Source: Candidatus Hydrogenedentota bacterium (GTDB taxonomy: Bacteria; Hydrogenedentota; Hydrogenedentia; Hydrogenedentales; SLHB01). Taken from it: DNA of 64,000 nt. The notes under the pieces are model-generated. The model made no database searches and was not told the origin of the DNA. It saw nothing but the letters and a program-made list of their open reading frames with translations. This document shows positions 10,279-18,854 of this stretch, one piece after another. The DNA is taken from the NCBI GenBank assembly GCA_963668025.2, contig CAXXTH010000018.1, forward strand, positions 288,001-352,000, written 5' to 3'. Each line of letters starts with the position of its first letter. Position 1 is the stretch's first letter. A program made the translations under genes and the position numbers.

Positions 10279-11013
10279 TCAAAATGAATCGAACGGATGG
10301 TGAATAGTATTCATAGTGAGCACAGTAGCAAGAGTCAAGCTCTTGTGGATCGTCAATTCATCGCCTTCACATAGCTCAAAATATTCGGGCGCATTGTCGA
10401 ACGCAAGCACAGCCGGGCCGCGTGTAATACGCACGCGCACTGTAGCGCTTTCAGGAACAATGATATGGTTGGTATGCTCCGATGTGGCCTTGAACGCCAA
10501 GCCCAGGCCCGAATGGAAAACGCCATGCGTGATCTGATTGAAGTACGCCGTGCTTCCAAATGGCGTGCAGACCACGAAACCGTCTCCTAAGATTTCCGCG
10601 CCGTTCTCGTAGGGCGCTTCATCTATCCACACCCGGAACCGCACGGCGGAGTTAATATGCCCCATATGCACATTGAATTCGTTCATCGCGGTCAAGAAAC
10701 ACATGGGATCAGGTTCATCTTGATACGAAATAGCGCATTCCAGCTTAAGAAAACGGGTGGGCGCCAGCATGTTTTCGACAAGATGCCGAATCACCTCCGC
10801 AGGGGGATGTGGAATGCAGCGAATGCCCCGCCGACTGTTCCGAATAGGCAGTTTGGGCACCATGGGCCATGCCAGCTCCGCCGAAAGCAGCGTGCCGTCG
10901 CCGCCGAAACAAATGATGACCTCGGGATCCGTGTCGACTATTTTCAACGAAGGATGCTTGGCTAATTCCGGCCGCAACTGGTCGCTTTGGGCTCCATATA
11001 GGAGTGTTCTCAT
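10279..11013 (-). CDS. nadK: NAD(+) kinase family protein
   Basis: GGDGT, NE and DG...TPFGSTAY motifs; start placed at MRTLLYG. Confidence 0.8.
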   Translation of the reverse strand: MRTLLYGAQSDQLRPELAKHPSLKIVDTDPEVIICFGGDGTLLSAELAWPMVPKLPIRNSRRGIRCIPHPPAEVIRHLVENMLAPTRFLKLECAISYQDEPDPMCFLTAMNEFNVHMGHINSAVRFRVWIDEAPYENGAEILGDGFVVCTPFGSTAYFNQITHGVFHSGLGLAFKATSEHTNHIIVPESATVRVRITRGPAVLAFDNAPEYFELCEGDELTIHKSLTLATVLTMNTIHHPFDSF

Positions 11014-11078
11014 CGTTTTTCCACTATCTTGGTTGTCCGTGCAATAGAGGCGATTATAGCAAAGATATGTAGCCCGGT

Positions 11079-11098
11079 CATGCCAATAATTTGGCATG
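11079..11098. promoter_or_regulatory. Palindrome between divergent genes, putative operator
   Basis: CATGCCAA-TAAT-TTGGCATG. Confidence 0.35.
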
Positions 11099-11200
11099 CA
11101 TGGGCTCGCAGGAGATTCATGACATCCTGGGTGCGCTCTTGATACAATTCCAGAAAACCGGTGTTATCCGCCGTCGGCAACATGAGGCAAGAACGAAACC

Positions 11201-13276
11201 ATGACATATCGAACTTCCCTTTTTCTATCCATCCTGCTCGCATTGGCTCTTCTAAATGGATGCCAAACCACCGCGCCCGCGCCGCCACCCTTGAAACCTG
11301 CGCCTCCCGTGGAGCCGCACGCCTTTTCAATGCCGCCCTTGCCGGACCTTACCCCCGTAGCAGGGCGCATCATCTGCCTCGATCCCGGCCATGGGGGGCC
11401 GCAGCCCGGCGCAGTTGCTAATGGATTGCGGGAATCAGATGTAAATCTGCGGATTGCATTGCGCCTGCGCGAACTGCTGGCGGGGGCGGGCGCGCAACTG
11501 CTACTCACGCGCGACAGCGACACCACCCTTCACTCAGATGCCCTCACGGATGACCTTGCCGCTCGAGCGGAACTGGCCAACAGAAATAGCGCGGATGTGT
11601 TTCTCAGCATTCATCATAACGCGGACATCGTCTCCGGCAGCGCTCGCAACGATCTGGAAGTCTATTACAAAATGTTCGAAGATGGCCCCAGCCTGGATTT
11701 GGGCCAATGCTTGATGCAAGGACTCGCCCTGGGGCTGCGCCCAGATGCGGAAATGAAACGCCTGCTACCAGGCAATTATAAAGTGCTGCGCACGGCTTCG
11801 GTGCCAGCCGCCCTCACGGAATCTTCCTATATGACCCATGCGGCCAATGCGGCATTCTTGGCCACGCCAGAAGCCTCCGAGGCGGAAGCGCGCTCGCTGG
11901 CGAGTGGCCTGGCCGCCTATTTCACCCTGGACCCGCCCCGCGTGGCTTCCGCCAGCGCCGCGCCGCTCGAGGGCGGCAGAGCCCATATGCTCTCCGTAAC
12001 CTTCACGCGCGGCTTGCCGCTGAACCTTTCCTCGCTCACGGCGGATCTGGATGGCCAATCCGCGCCGGGAAGCGCATGCGCCACGGATACCGGCGCGGCA
12101 TGGGTGTTTCGGGATACGCTCGCCAATGGCCGCCACGAGGCGGTGCTGCACGGGCGGAACATGAAAGGCGCGGCATTGCGTGTTCCGGTGTCGTTCGATG
12201 TAGCGCGTCCCGCGCAATCCGTCTCGGTGAGCCCGCTTGGCGGCCCCCTGCCCGCGCCCGGCGCGGAAGCGTGTTATGAAGCCGATGTGCGGGACGCCCT
12301 GGGAATGCCCGTGGCCAACGGCACGCCCGTCGTTTGGACGGGGCAAAACGAAACTTACACCACGATGGAAGGGAAAGCCCGGTTTTACCAAACCATCTCC
12401 GAGCCGCATCCCGTATCCGCGCAAGCAGGTAGCGTCCAGGGCGAATGGACGCCTTCGGCGGATAGCGCCGCGCGCGGCGGTTGCACGCTCCTCATCCTGG
12501 ACGCCCAGACGAAAACTCCCGTATCACGCCCTTCCGCTTTCGCGAATGGCGCGCCCATCGCCATCGGAACGCCGGAAGGCTGGATGGCCTTGCCTGCGGA
12601 TGTGAAGCGCGTACGGATCACCTGCGCCGGGTATGAGCCAAAAGAGGTGGCCTTAACAGGCCCGCACACATCCGCCGTCCTCGACCCCGTGGCGGACGGC
12701 GCACTGCACGGACGGCGCATCGTGCTCGATCCGGCCTATGGCGGGCGCTTGCCGGGATTGGCCGGCCCCACGGGCCTGCGCGCATGCGATATAAACCTGG
12801 ATGTGGCGCGCCAGGCCATGGCGCTCTTGCAGCAAGCTGGGGCGGACGCCACGCTTACGCGTACGGGGGACATCGAATGCACCGACCTGGAGCGGCTGGC
12901 CGCAGCAGAAGACGCCGAACTCTTCATCACTATCTCCTACGGCGCGCCGCCCGACATGTTGCGCGTGCTGGACGACTCGGGCCACCGGCGGGACGATATC
13001 ACCGCCTTTATCGGCCATTACCCGAAGAGCGCCAAGGGCGAAGCATTAGCCAAACAGCTATCCGCCCGGATGAATGGCATCCCCGCATTGGCGTGTTCCG
13101 CGTATATAATTCAACAGACGCCGTGTCCGGCGGTATGGATTCAACCCGCGAGCGTCGAGGATGCCGCCGGTGAATCCCAATGCCGAAGCGCGGCCAGCCG
13201 CCGCTTGGCCGCCGAAGCCATCCGCGATGCGCTAAAGGCATATTTTACGGGACAGGCAACGAGGACGACGAAGTAG
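11201..13276 (+). CDS. N-acetylmuramoyl-L-alanine amidase lipoprotein (Amidase_3, plus second degenerate amidase domain)
   Basis: Lipobox LLNGC; LDPGHGG, E, SIHHN, LTE Zn ligands; second domain LDPAYGG lacks them. Confidence 0.88.
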   Translation: MTYRTSLFLSILLALALLNGCQTTAPAPPPLKPAPPVEPHAFSMPPLPDLTPVAGRIICLDPGHGGPQPGAVANGLRESDVNLRIALRLRELLAGAGAQLLLTRDSDTTLHSDALTDDLAARAELANRNSADVFLSIHHNADIVSGSARNDLEVYYKMFEDGPSLDLGQCLMQGLALGLRPDAEMKRLLPGNYKVLRTASVPAALTESSYMTHAANAAFLATPEASEAEARSLASGLAAYFTLDPPRVASASAAPLEGGRAHMLSVTFTRGLPLNLSSLTADLDGQSAPGSACATDTGAAWVFRDTLANGRHEAVLHGRNMKGAALRVPVSFDVARPAQSVSVSPLGGPLPAPGAEACYEADVRDALGMPVANGTPVVWTGQNETYTTMEGKARFYQTISEPHPVSAQAGSVQGEWTPSADSAARGGCTLLILDAQTKTPVSRPSAFANGAPIAIGTPEGWMALPADVKRVRITCAGYEPKEVALTGPHTSAVLDPVADGALHGRRIVLDPAYGGRLPGLAGPTGLRACDINLDVARQAMALLQQAGADATLTRTGDIECTDLERLAAAEDAELFITISYGAPPDMLRVLDDSGHRRDDITAFIGHYPKSAKGEALAKQLSARMNGIPALACSAYIIQQTPCPAVWIQPASVEDAAGESQCRSAASRRLAAEAIRDALKAYFTGQATRTTK

Positions 13277-13420
13277 CTTCGAGTTTCGTAGGTGAAGTTT
13301 TTCTTGACATGATTGACAAGATAGTAGGGTGGGGCTTGCCCCACCGTTCAAGGCGATAAGCGGCGATACAGCGAAACATTGCACGGAAATACCGGTGATA
13401 TGCGCAAAAAAGAGAACAAT

Positions 13421-13504
13421 AAAGCAGTAGCAAGCTACAACACTCCACATGCGCTCTATGTCCTTTATGAAACTACTTGGAGTGCGGCAGCTTGCTGCCG
13501 CTTT
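13421..13504. repeat. REPIN-like inverted REP doublet, copy 1
   Basis: AAAGCAGT..CACTCCA ... TGGAGTGCGGCAGCTTGCTGCCGCTTT; homologous copy at 18744. Confidence 0.7.
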
Positions 13505-13580
13505 GGGCGCGCGGATTTCGCTGTAATGCGCTGTTTCGATGTCGCGTCGATGCAAACTCGTTAGTAAGGAGGGATCTCCT

Positions 13581-14228
13581 ATGCAGCGGCAGCCTGAACC
13601 GGAATATATGGACTTGGCGGATGAAGCGGACGCCTATGCCGAGGCGGATTTCAATGACGTGAACCAGGTGTTCGCCGAGCGCTTGTTCGAGCTTGCGGAT
13701 GATGCGCCTTACTCAGCCCTCGACCTGGGAACCGGCCCTGCCGACATCCCCCGGCGCGTCACGCTGGGGCGTCCGCACTGGCGCATCGCCGCGTTGGACG
13801 CCGCGTTCGCCATGCTGCGCATCGCCCATGCACGCGGCTGGGACCATGCGTTCATGCTGGTGCAAGGGGACGCCAAAGGCCTGCCGTTCGCGGACCATGC
13901 GTTCGATGTGATCTTCACCAACAGCATCCTGCATCATCTTTCGGATCCTTTCCTGTTTTGGAGGGAAATCAAGCGCGTGGCGAAGCCCGGCGCACTGTTG
14001 TTTTTGCGCGACCTATCGCGCCCGGAAACAGGCGAACAAGCGCATGCCATCGTGGTAAAACATTCGGGCAATGAATCGGAGCTTTTACAGGAAGAATTCT
14101 ACCGGTCGCTGCTGGCGGCCTACACGCCCAACGAGATCCGAGTCCAGCTTACCCAAGCGGGCCTCCATGGGTTGCATGTCGAGCAAATAACGGACCGGCA
14201 TTTGGATGTTTATGGATACATCGCTTAG
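13581..14228 (+). CDS. Class I SAM-dependent methyltransferase
   Basis: LDLGTG, GDAKGLPF...FDVI, LHH, KPGA motifs; AAGGAGG RBS. Confidence 0.9.
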   Translation: MQRQPEPEYMDLADEADAYAEADFNDVNQVFAERLFELADDAPYSALDLGTGPADIPRRVTLGRPHWRIAALDAAFAMLRIAHARGWDHAFMLVQGDAKGLPFADHAFDVIFTNSILHHLSDPFLFWREIKRVAKPGALLFLRDLSRPETGEQAHAIVVKHSGNESELLQEEFYRSLLAAYTPNEIRVQLTQAGLHGLHVEQITDRHLDVYGYIA

Positions 14229-15555
14229 ACGCGGCGCGGCATGGGCGCTGGCCTGCCTGCTGCCTTATCCTGTCCTCGTGGCGCTAGTGGCGCGGTATGG
14301 ATTCGCATTTCCGTATTGGGACCAATGGGAATTCATCGACACCATCCGAAACGTTTGGGCGCATGGGCTTTCGTTTTCAGACCTCTGGGCGCAACACAAT
14401 GAACACCGCCTGGTGTTTCCCCGCCTCATCATGCTCGCGGGCGTTTGGGCCACGGATTGGGACATCCGTGTTGAACTCGGGGTAAATCTGCTACTGGGCC
14501 TGGCCATCTATCTATTCGCACTCCGCCTATCCGTCTTGGCGGCGCGCGCGGCGGGCATGCGGACGCCATATTGGACCTGGCCGCTGCTCTCCCTCTTCAT
14601 CTTTTCACTTGCGCAATGGGGCAATTACGCCTGGGGCTGGCAGTTGCAGATTTTACTCAATACCGCCGCCGTATTAGCAGGCTTCACCGCACTCACCAGC
14701 GCACAGCGGACCTGGATGCGCTGGTGCGCCGCCGTGCTCGCGGGCATCGTGGCCACTTTCTCATTCTCGAACGGCGCGGCGTATTGGCTGGCGGCCATCC
14801 CTTCGCTGCTGCTTCCCCCATCACCGCTCCCCAAGCACACGAAAACCGTGCAAACCGCGCTCTGGATAGCCTGCGCGGCGGCCTGCCTTGGGGCGTATGC
14901 CTGGCAATACGAAAAGCCCTCTTACCACCCCACGCTATGGTATGCCTTACAGCATCCAGCCACTTTTATTGAATATATATGCGTATACTTAGGTGGCATC
15001 ACAGCGTATTACCGTTCCTGGGCGGCAATGGCGGCGGGGGCAGTGGGCATTCTATTTGCCCTGGCGGCATGCTGCTGGCTTGCCCGACGACGAACCTTAT
15101 GGCCCGCCCTGGCGCCCTATGCCGGGCTGGCGCTCTACGCCTGCGCGGGCGCAGGCATCACCGGTGTAGGCCGTAGCGCGTATGGAGTGAACCAGGCGAT
15201 GGCGTCCCGCTATTGCACCGTGGCGCTCCTGTTATGGCTGGCCATCATTGCGTTGCTGGCTTTGATGCGGCATGCGGCCCAGGGGAATGAATGGCCCATG
15301 CGCATGATGCGGCGCTTGCTTCTGGCTGCCGCCGTAGTGCTGGCGCTGTCCACACTGCTGGCTTCCCGGCAAGGGTATTATGAACTCCAAGAGCGGGCGC
15401 GTCATCTGGCCCCCGCCGTGCGGCAATTGGAAACTGGAGAAGGAACAGACCTGTTGACACGGCTCTATCCCTTCACGGACACATTTAATGTGCAAGCTAG
15501 GACAGAGCGCATTCGCTTTTTAAGAGAGCGCCACCTGGGCATTTTTCAGAAATAA
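14206..15555 (+). CDS. Polytopic membrane protein, GT-C glycosyltransferase-like
   Basis: About 11 TM segments; PYWDQW and QHNEHR early luminal loop; SRY motif. Confidence 0.55.
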   Translation: MFMDTSLRRGAAWALACLLPYPVLVALVARYGFAFPYWDQWEFIDTIRNVWAHGLSFSDLWAQHNEHRLVFPRLIMLAGVWATDWDIRVELGVNLLLGLAIYLFALRLSVLAARAAGMRTPYWTWPLLSLFIFSLAQWGNYAWGWQLQILLNTAAVLAGFTALTSAQRTWMRWCAAVLAGIVATFSFSNGAAYWLAAIPSLLLPPSPLPKHTKTVQTALWIACAAACLGAYAWQYEKPSYHPTLWYALQHPATFIEYICVYLGGITAYYRSWAAMAAGAVGILFALAACCWLARRRTLWPALAPYAGLALYACAGAGITGVGRSAYGVNQAMASRYCTVALLLWLAIIALLALMRHAAQGNEWPMRMMRRLLLAAAVVLALSTLLASRQGYYELQERARHLAPAVRQLETGEGTDLLTRLYPFTDTFNVQARTERIRFLRERHLGIFQK

Positions 15556-15584
15556 CACTCAGGTTCTTCACTTATTACCGCTTA

Positions 15585-16118
15585 TTACACGGAAGCAAAA
15601 TAGGTGCGGGCCGTTTCATTTTGCATTACAAGATGGAATTGGGTTGAAGCCGTTGAGGCTTGCGCATACTGCGCCGCAGCGGATTTAGAGTTGAGCTGTT
15701 CCGCCGTTGCGCTCGAGGATAGCTGTTGGAACTGGGCGGCGAGTTCCGGGTTTTCTTCAAACAACGCCTCGATTTTCGCTTTATCAGGGTGGTCGTTGGC
15801 GGCTTCAATTTTACCCAATTCATTGGTTTTCAGGTCGATTTCCTGGGTGGTGTCAATACCATTCTCCGAGAAAACTTTTCTCAGTTCCGTGGAAAAAGCG
15901 GCAAGATTTGCCTGGGTGGAGCTGCTGCTCGGTAGAACCGATTCGGCTGCCTTGGATTGGTTTAGGCGTTTGGCCTCAGACGAAAACGAAGTGGCGTCCG
16001 ATGCCTGAGTGGCGCTTGTTTTCTTGGAGCCCATGGATTTAGCCACGGAAAACATGCTATTTGCTGCGGAACTCACCGTCCGCACTAGGTCTATTCCTAA
16101 CAAAGGCGATATGCTCAT
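15585..16118 (-). CDS. Hypothetical protein (Ser/Ala-rich N-terminus, HPDKAKIE domain)
   Basis: ORF with GGAGGT RBS and sigma54 promoter upstream. Confidence 0.75.
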   Translation of the reverse strand: MSISPLLGIDLVRTVSSAANSMFSVAKSMGSKKTSATQASDATSFSSEAKRLNQSKAAESVLPSSSSTQANLAAFSTELRKVFSENGIDTTQEIDLKTNELGKIEAANDHPDKAKIEALFEENPELAAQFQQLSSSATAEQLNSKSAAAQYAQASTASTQFHLVMQNETARTYFASV

Positions 16119-16172
16119 TGCCGTACACCTCCCCACTCATAGCCACATTGCATTACTTCTTAGATAAAGAGA

Positions 16173-16189
16173 AGCAATGTTTGTGCCAA
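16173..16189 (-). promoter_or_regulatory. Sigma54 (-24/-12) promoter
   Basis: Minus strand TTGGCACAAACATTGCT = TGGCAC-N5-TTGC consensus, about 55 bp upstream of ATG 16118. Confidence 0.85.
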
Positions 16190-16207
16190 ATGGGAAGCTG
16201 TGTAGGA

Positions 16208-17590
16208 TTAACGCCGAATGGATTGGCGGAGGTCGCTTAAAGGGCCACTGGATTCTTTGATGCGCCGGGCGAGTTCGCGCGGCACGCCGCCTTCAAGCAG
16301 CGCCTCTTCCAATGCTTCAACATCCGCGCCCGGATTCTCTTCCATGATGGCGATGATGCGGGGCCGTTCTTGTTCCAGCAGCATATCTAGCAATTCACGG
16401 CGGAAATCGCTAGTCGCTTCGATAGTCAAGCCGACCCGGTTCATCCGGCCTTGAATGCGCCGCTTATCCGATTCAGAAGTATCGGCCTTGCGCATTTGCG
16501 TTTGTAATGCGCTGCGGGCGTCCATGGCGCTTTTATAAATGCCGCCGATCATGGAAAGCGCGCCAGCCACATTGCCGCAGCGGACCATCAAATCGGCATT
16601 CAACAGCACGATCTTGGTATATGTGTCGTGGTTGCTCAAGCGCATGTCGGTGCTGATAGCTTTTTGGAAGCCTGCAATCGCTATCTCCATGGCCTCCCGC
16701 TCATTCAACGGCGCCGCCGGCCAAAGAAATTTAACGCGCTGCAAAAAATCGGCGAAGCTTTCCGCATCGGCCCCTTCCTTCGAGCCGGAGGGTTCCGCAC
16801 CGTGTAAATGCAATTGAGTGGCGTCCTGCTCGCATAATTTACGTATGCGCCCAAGGAGTTCGCGTTCGCGATGCTGCATCAACTCGATCTGAGTGCATAA
16901 GGTGAGGTAGTTATATTCATTCACGGACTGGGATTGCCGCCCCATTTCCACAAGGCGCTCTTCAATGGCCTGCTTCATCTTGGCCGAAACGCCTTCGGCC
17001 TGTTCTAATAAAGACTCCTGCTCGCTGGTTATTTGCAGGATAGACGAAATCTGGGCTTCCGCACGTTCATGATTAACCGCGTTCGTTTGGGAAGACACCT
17101 GGCCTCCGCCGCATTCCCGATACAACCAAGCCGTGCGCAGGTAGAGGCGGGCTATCTTATAATGGTCCCTAATATCTTCTGGCGCGAGCGCATGAATAAA
17201 AAGGGCAAGGAAATGCAGGCATATGGCGGACTCGAATTGGATGTTTTCGTAATCAACGCGGCTCGCCAAGATATTCACCACGGCGCGCCCGTCCCGGTCC
17301 ATCCGCTCGAATTGGCGCAACACCATGGGAATGGCTTCGGAATTGGTTGGGCGGGCAAAATCCTCGGATGTATCGGTATATTTGCAATTCGGACAATGGA
17401 ACAGGATGTAAAATGGAGGGTGAACCTGTTCCAGCCGTTCATTGAGCCAGCGATAATCAAGCACATGCTGATCGGATTCTTTTTCACCAGACATGAACGC
17501 ACGCTGGCGGAAAAAACGTTGCGCATGATAACGTTTGCACGCGGGACACTGGATCTCTTTGGTTACAAAGGGGGATAATAATCCGTTCAT
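16208..17590 (-). CDS. DUF2225-like protein (two CxxC pairs + helical region)
   Basis: CPAC, CPNC and LYLRTAWLYR motifs. Confidence 0.7.
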   Translation of the reverse strand: MNGLLSPFVTKEIQCPACKRYHAQRFFRQRAFMSGEKESDQHVLDYRWLNERLEQVHPPFYILFHCPNCKYTDTSEDFARPTNSEAIPMVLRQFERMDRDGRAVVNILASRVDYENIQFESAICLHFLALFIHALAPEDIRDHYKIARLYLRTAWLYRECGGGQVSSQTNAVNHERAEAQISSILQITSEQESLLEQAEGVSAKMKQAIEERLVEMGRQSQSVNEYNYLTLCTQIELMQHRERELLGRIRKLCEQDATQLHLHGAEPSGSKEGADAESFADFLQRVKFLWPAAPLNEREAMEIAIAGFQKAISTDMRLSNHDTYTKIVLLNADLMVRCGNVAGALSMIGGIYKSAMDARSALQTQMRKADTSESDKRRIQGRMNRVGLTIEATSDFRRELLDMLLEQERPRIIAIMEENPGADVEALEEALLEGGVPRELARRIKESSGPLSDLRQSIRR

Positions 17591-17675
17591 TGAGCCCTTC
17601 CCCCCGGCGTCTGGGCAGCAACATGCTTCCCAGTTGCACGGTGGCTTGTTCCTCTCAAGTTTACCATATAATAGC

Positions 17676-18569
17676 TCAAGCAGGCACGCCTATTTTACTG
17701 CTGGCGCTGGCGGCCCTGCGCTTTCCCGCCGCCCCAAGGGCAACAATGGCCAACGCCAAGACGGCCAAGTCTCCCCAAGGCCCTCCTCCTATGGATGCCG
17801 GCTCAATCGTTCCCATATCGCAAGCGAGAGGCAGCGTGGATTGCAGGCCGGTCTGGGTAGGGTATCCTGCATCAATCCAGCCTTCAATGCCATCGCTCAT
17901 GACAAAAAGCTGGTTGAATCCATTTTCCGCAAGTATGCCCGCCGAATAGGAACCCAACCCGCACGAAGCGCCTGAGCAATATATCAGTATAGGGACATCC
18001 TCTTTGCCTGCGAGGTCATCGGTATGGGTGGCGAGCACTGAGGCGGGAATGCAATGGGCGTCCGGCACATGCCCTTCGGAATACTGGCGAACCGAGCGCA
18101 CATCCAGTACAAACACCCCACCTAGCCACATCGCATATCCTACGTCCACCGTGGTTTCCAGATACGATGCATCACCGGTTTCCACGGAATAATTGGCGGC
18201 TTTCCAGGCATCAAAACCGCCAGTCATGTTATAGAGTTGCGTGAATCCGGCGGCATCGAGTATCGCCGCCGCTTTAGCGCTTCGCGTTCCCGCTTTACAA
18301 TACACAACGATCTCGGCGTTCTCTTTTCCATCGAGTTCATCCAAACGGTCCAGAAGCTCATTGACGTCTATGTTATATGCGCCTGGGACAAAGCCAGCGG
18401 CCACTTCATCGGAGGTCCGCACATCCAGCATAAAAACCCCGTCCAGCCATTTCTGATAGCCTTGCTCCACACTGATATCCGTATACGCCGGCCATGCCAG
18501 GGAGGAATACGTGATTGCAATAGCGATCATGAATACAGCAGCCCAGCCAATCCGAATACTCATGTGCAT
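17676..18569 (-). CDS. Exported double rhodanese-domain protein with C-terminal membrane anchor
   Basis: LDVR x2; YCKAGTRS and YCSGASC active loops; GGFDAW/GIEGW; signal peptide; C-terminal TM + KRR. Confidence 0.88.
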   Translation of the reverse strand: MHMSIRIGWAAVFMIAIAITYSSLAWPAYTDISVEQGYQKWLDGVFMLDVRTSDEVAAGFVPGAYNIDVNELLDRLDELDGKENAEIVVYCKAGTRSAKAAAILDAAGFTQLYNMTGGFDAWKAANYSVETGDASYLETTVDVGYAMWLGGVFVLDVRSVRQYSEGHVPDAHCIPASVLATHTDDLAGKEDVPILIYCSGASCGLGSYSAGILAENGFNQLFVMSDGIEGWIDAGYPTQTGLQSTLPLACDMGTIEPASIGGGPWGDLAVLALAIVALGAAGKRRAASASSKIGVPA

Positions 18570-18743
18570 CCCCCTTGTGAAAACGCATTAAACTCGTTCC
18601 TATGTTTCCCGCCATACCGGCGATAAGGAAAACCGGTGAGAGGATATCACAAGCGCAGGGTATTTGCATGCTGATGAACGATACGCGGCAGGGAGTAATC
18701 GCTGTAAAAAAGGGTGCAGTACCGCTATTGCCGATCTAGGAAG

Positions 18744-18829
18744 AAAGCGGTGGCACGCCACCGCACTCCACATGCGCTCTAAGTCTTTTTTATGTAACTA
18801 CTTGGAGTGCGGCAGTTTGCCGCCGCTTT
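18744..18829. repeat. REPIN-like inverted REP doublet, copy 2
   Basis: AAAGCGGTGGCACGCCACCGCACTCCA ... TGGAGTGCGGCAGTTTGCCGCCGCTTT. Confidence 0.72.
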
Positions 18830-18854
18830 TGGTGTGCGGGTTTCATTTGAATGC

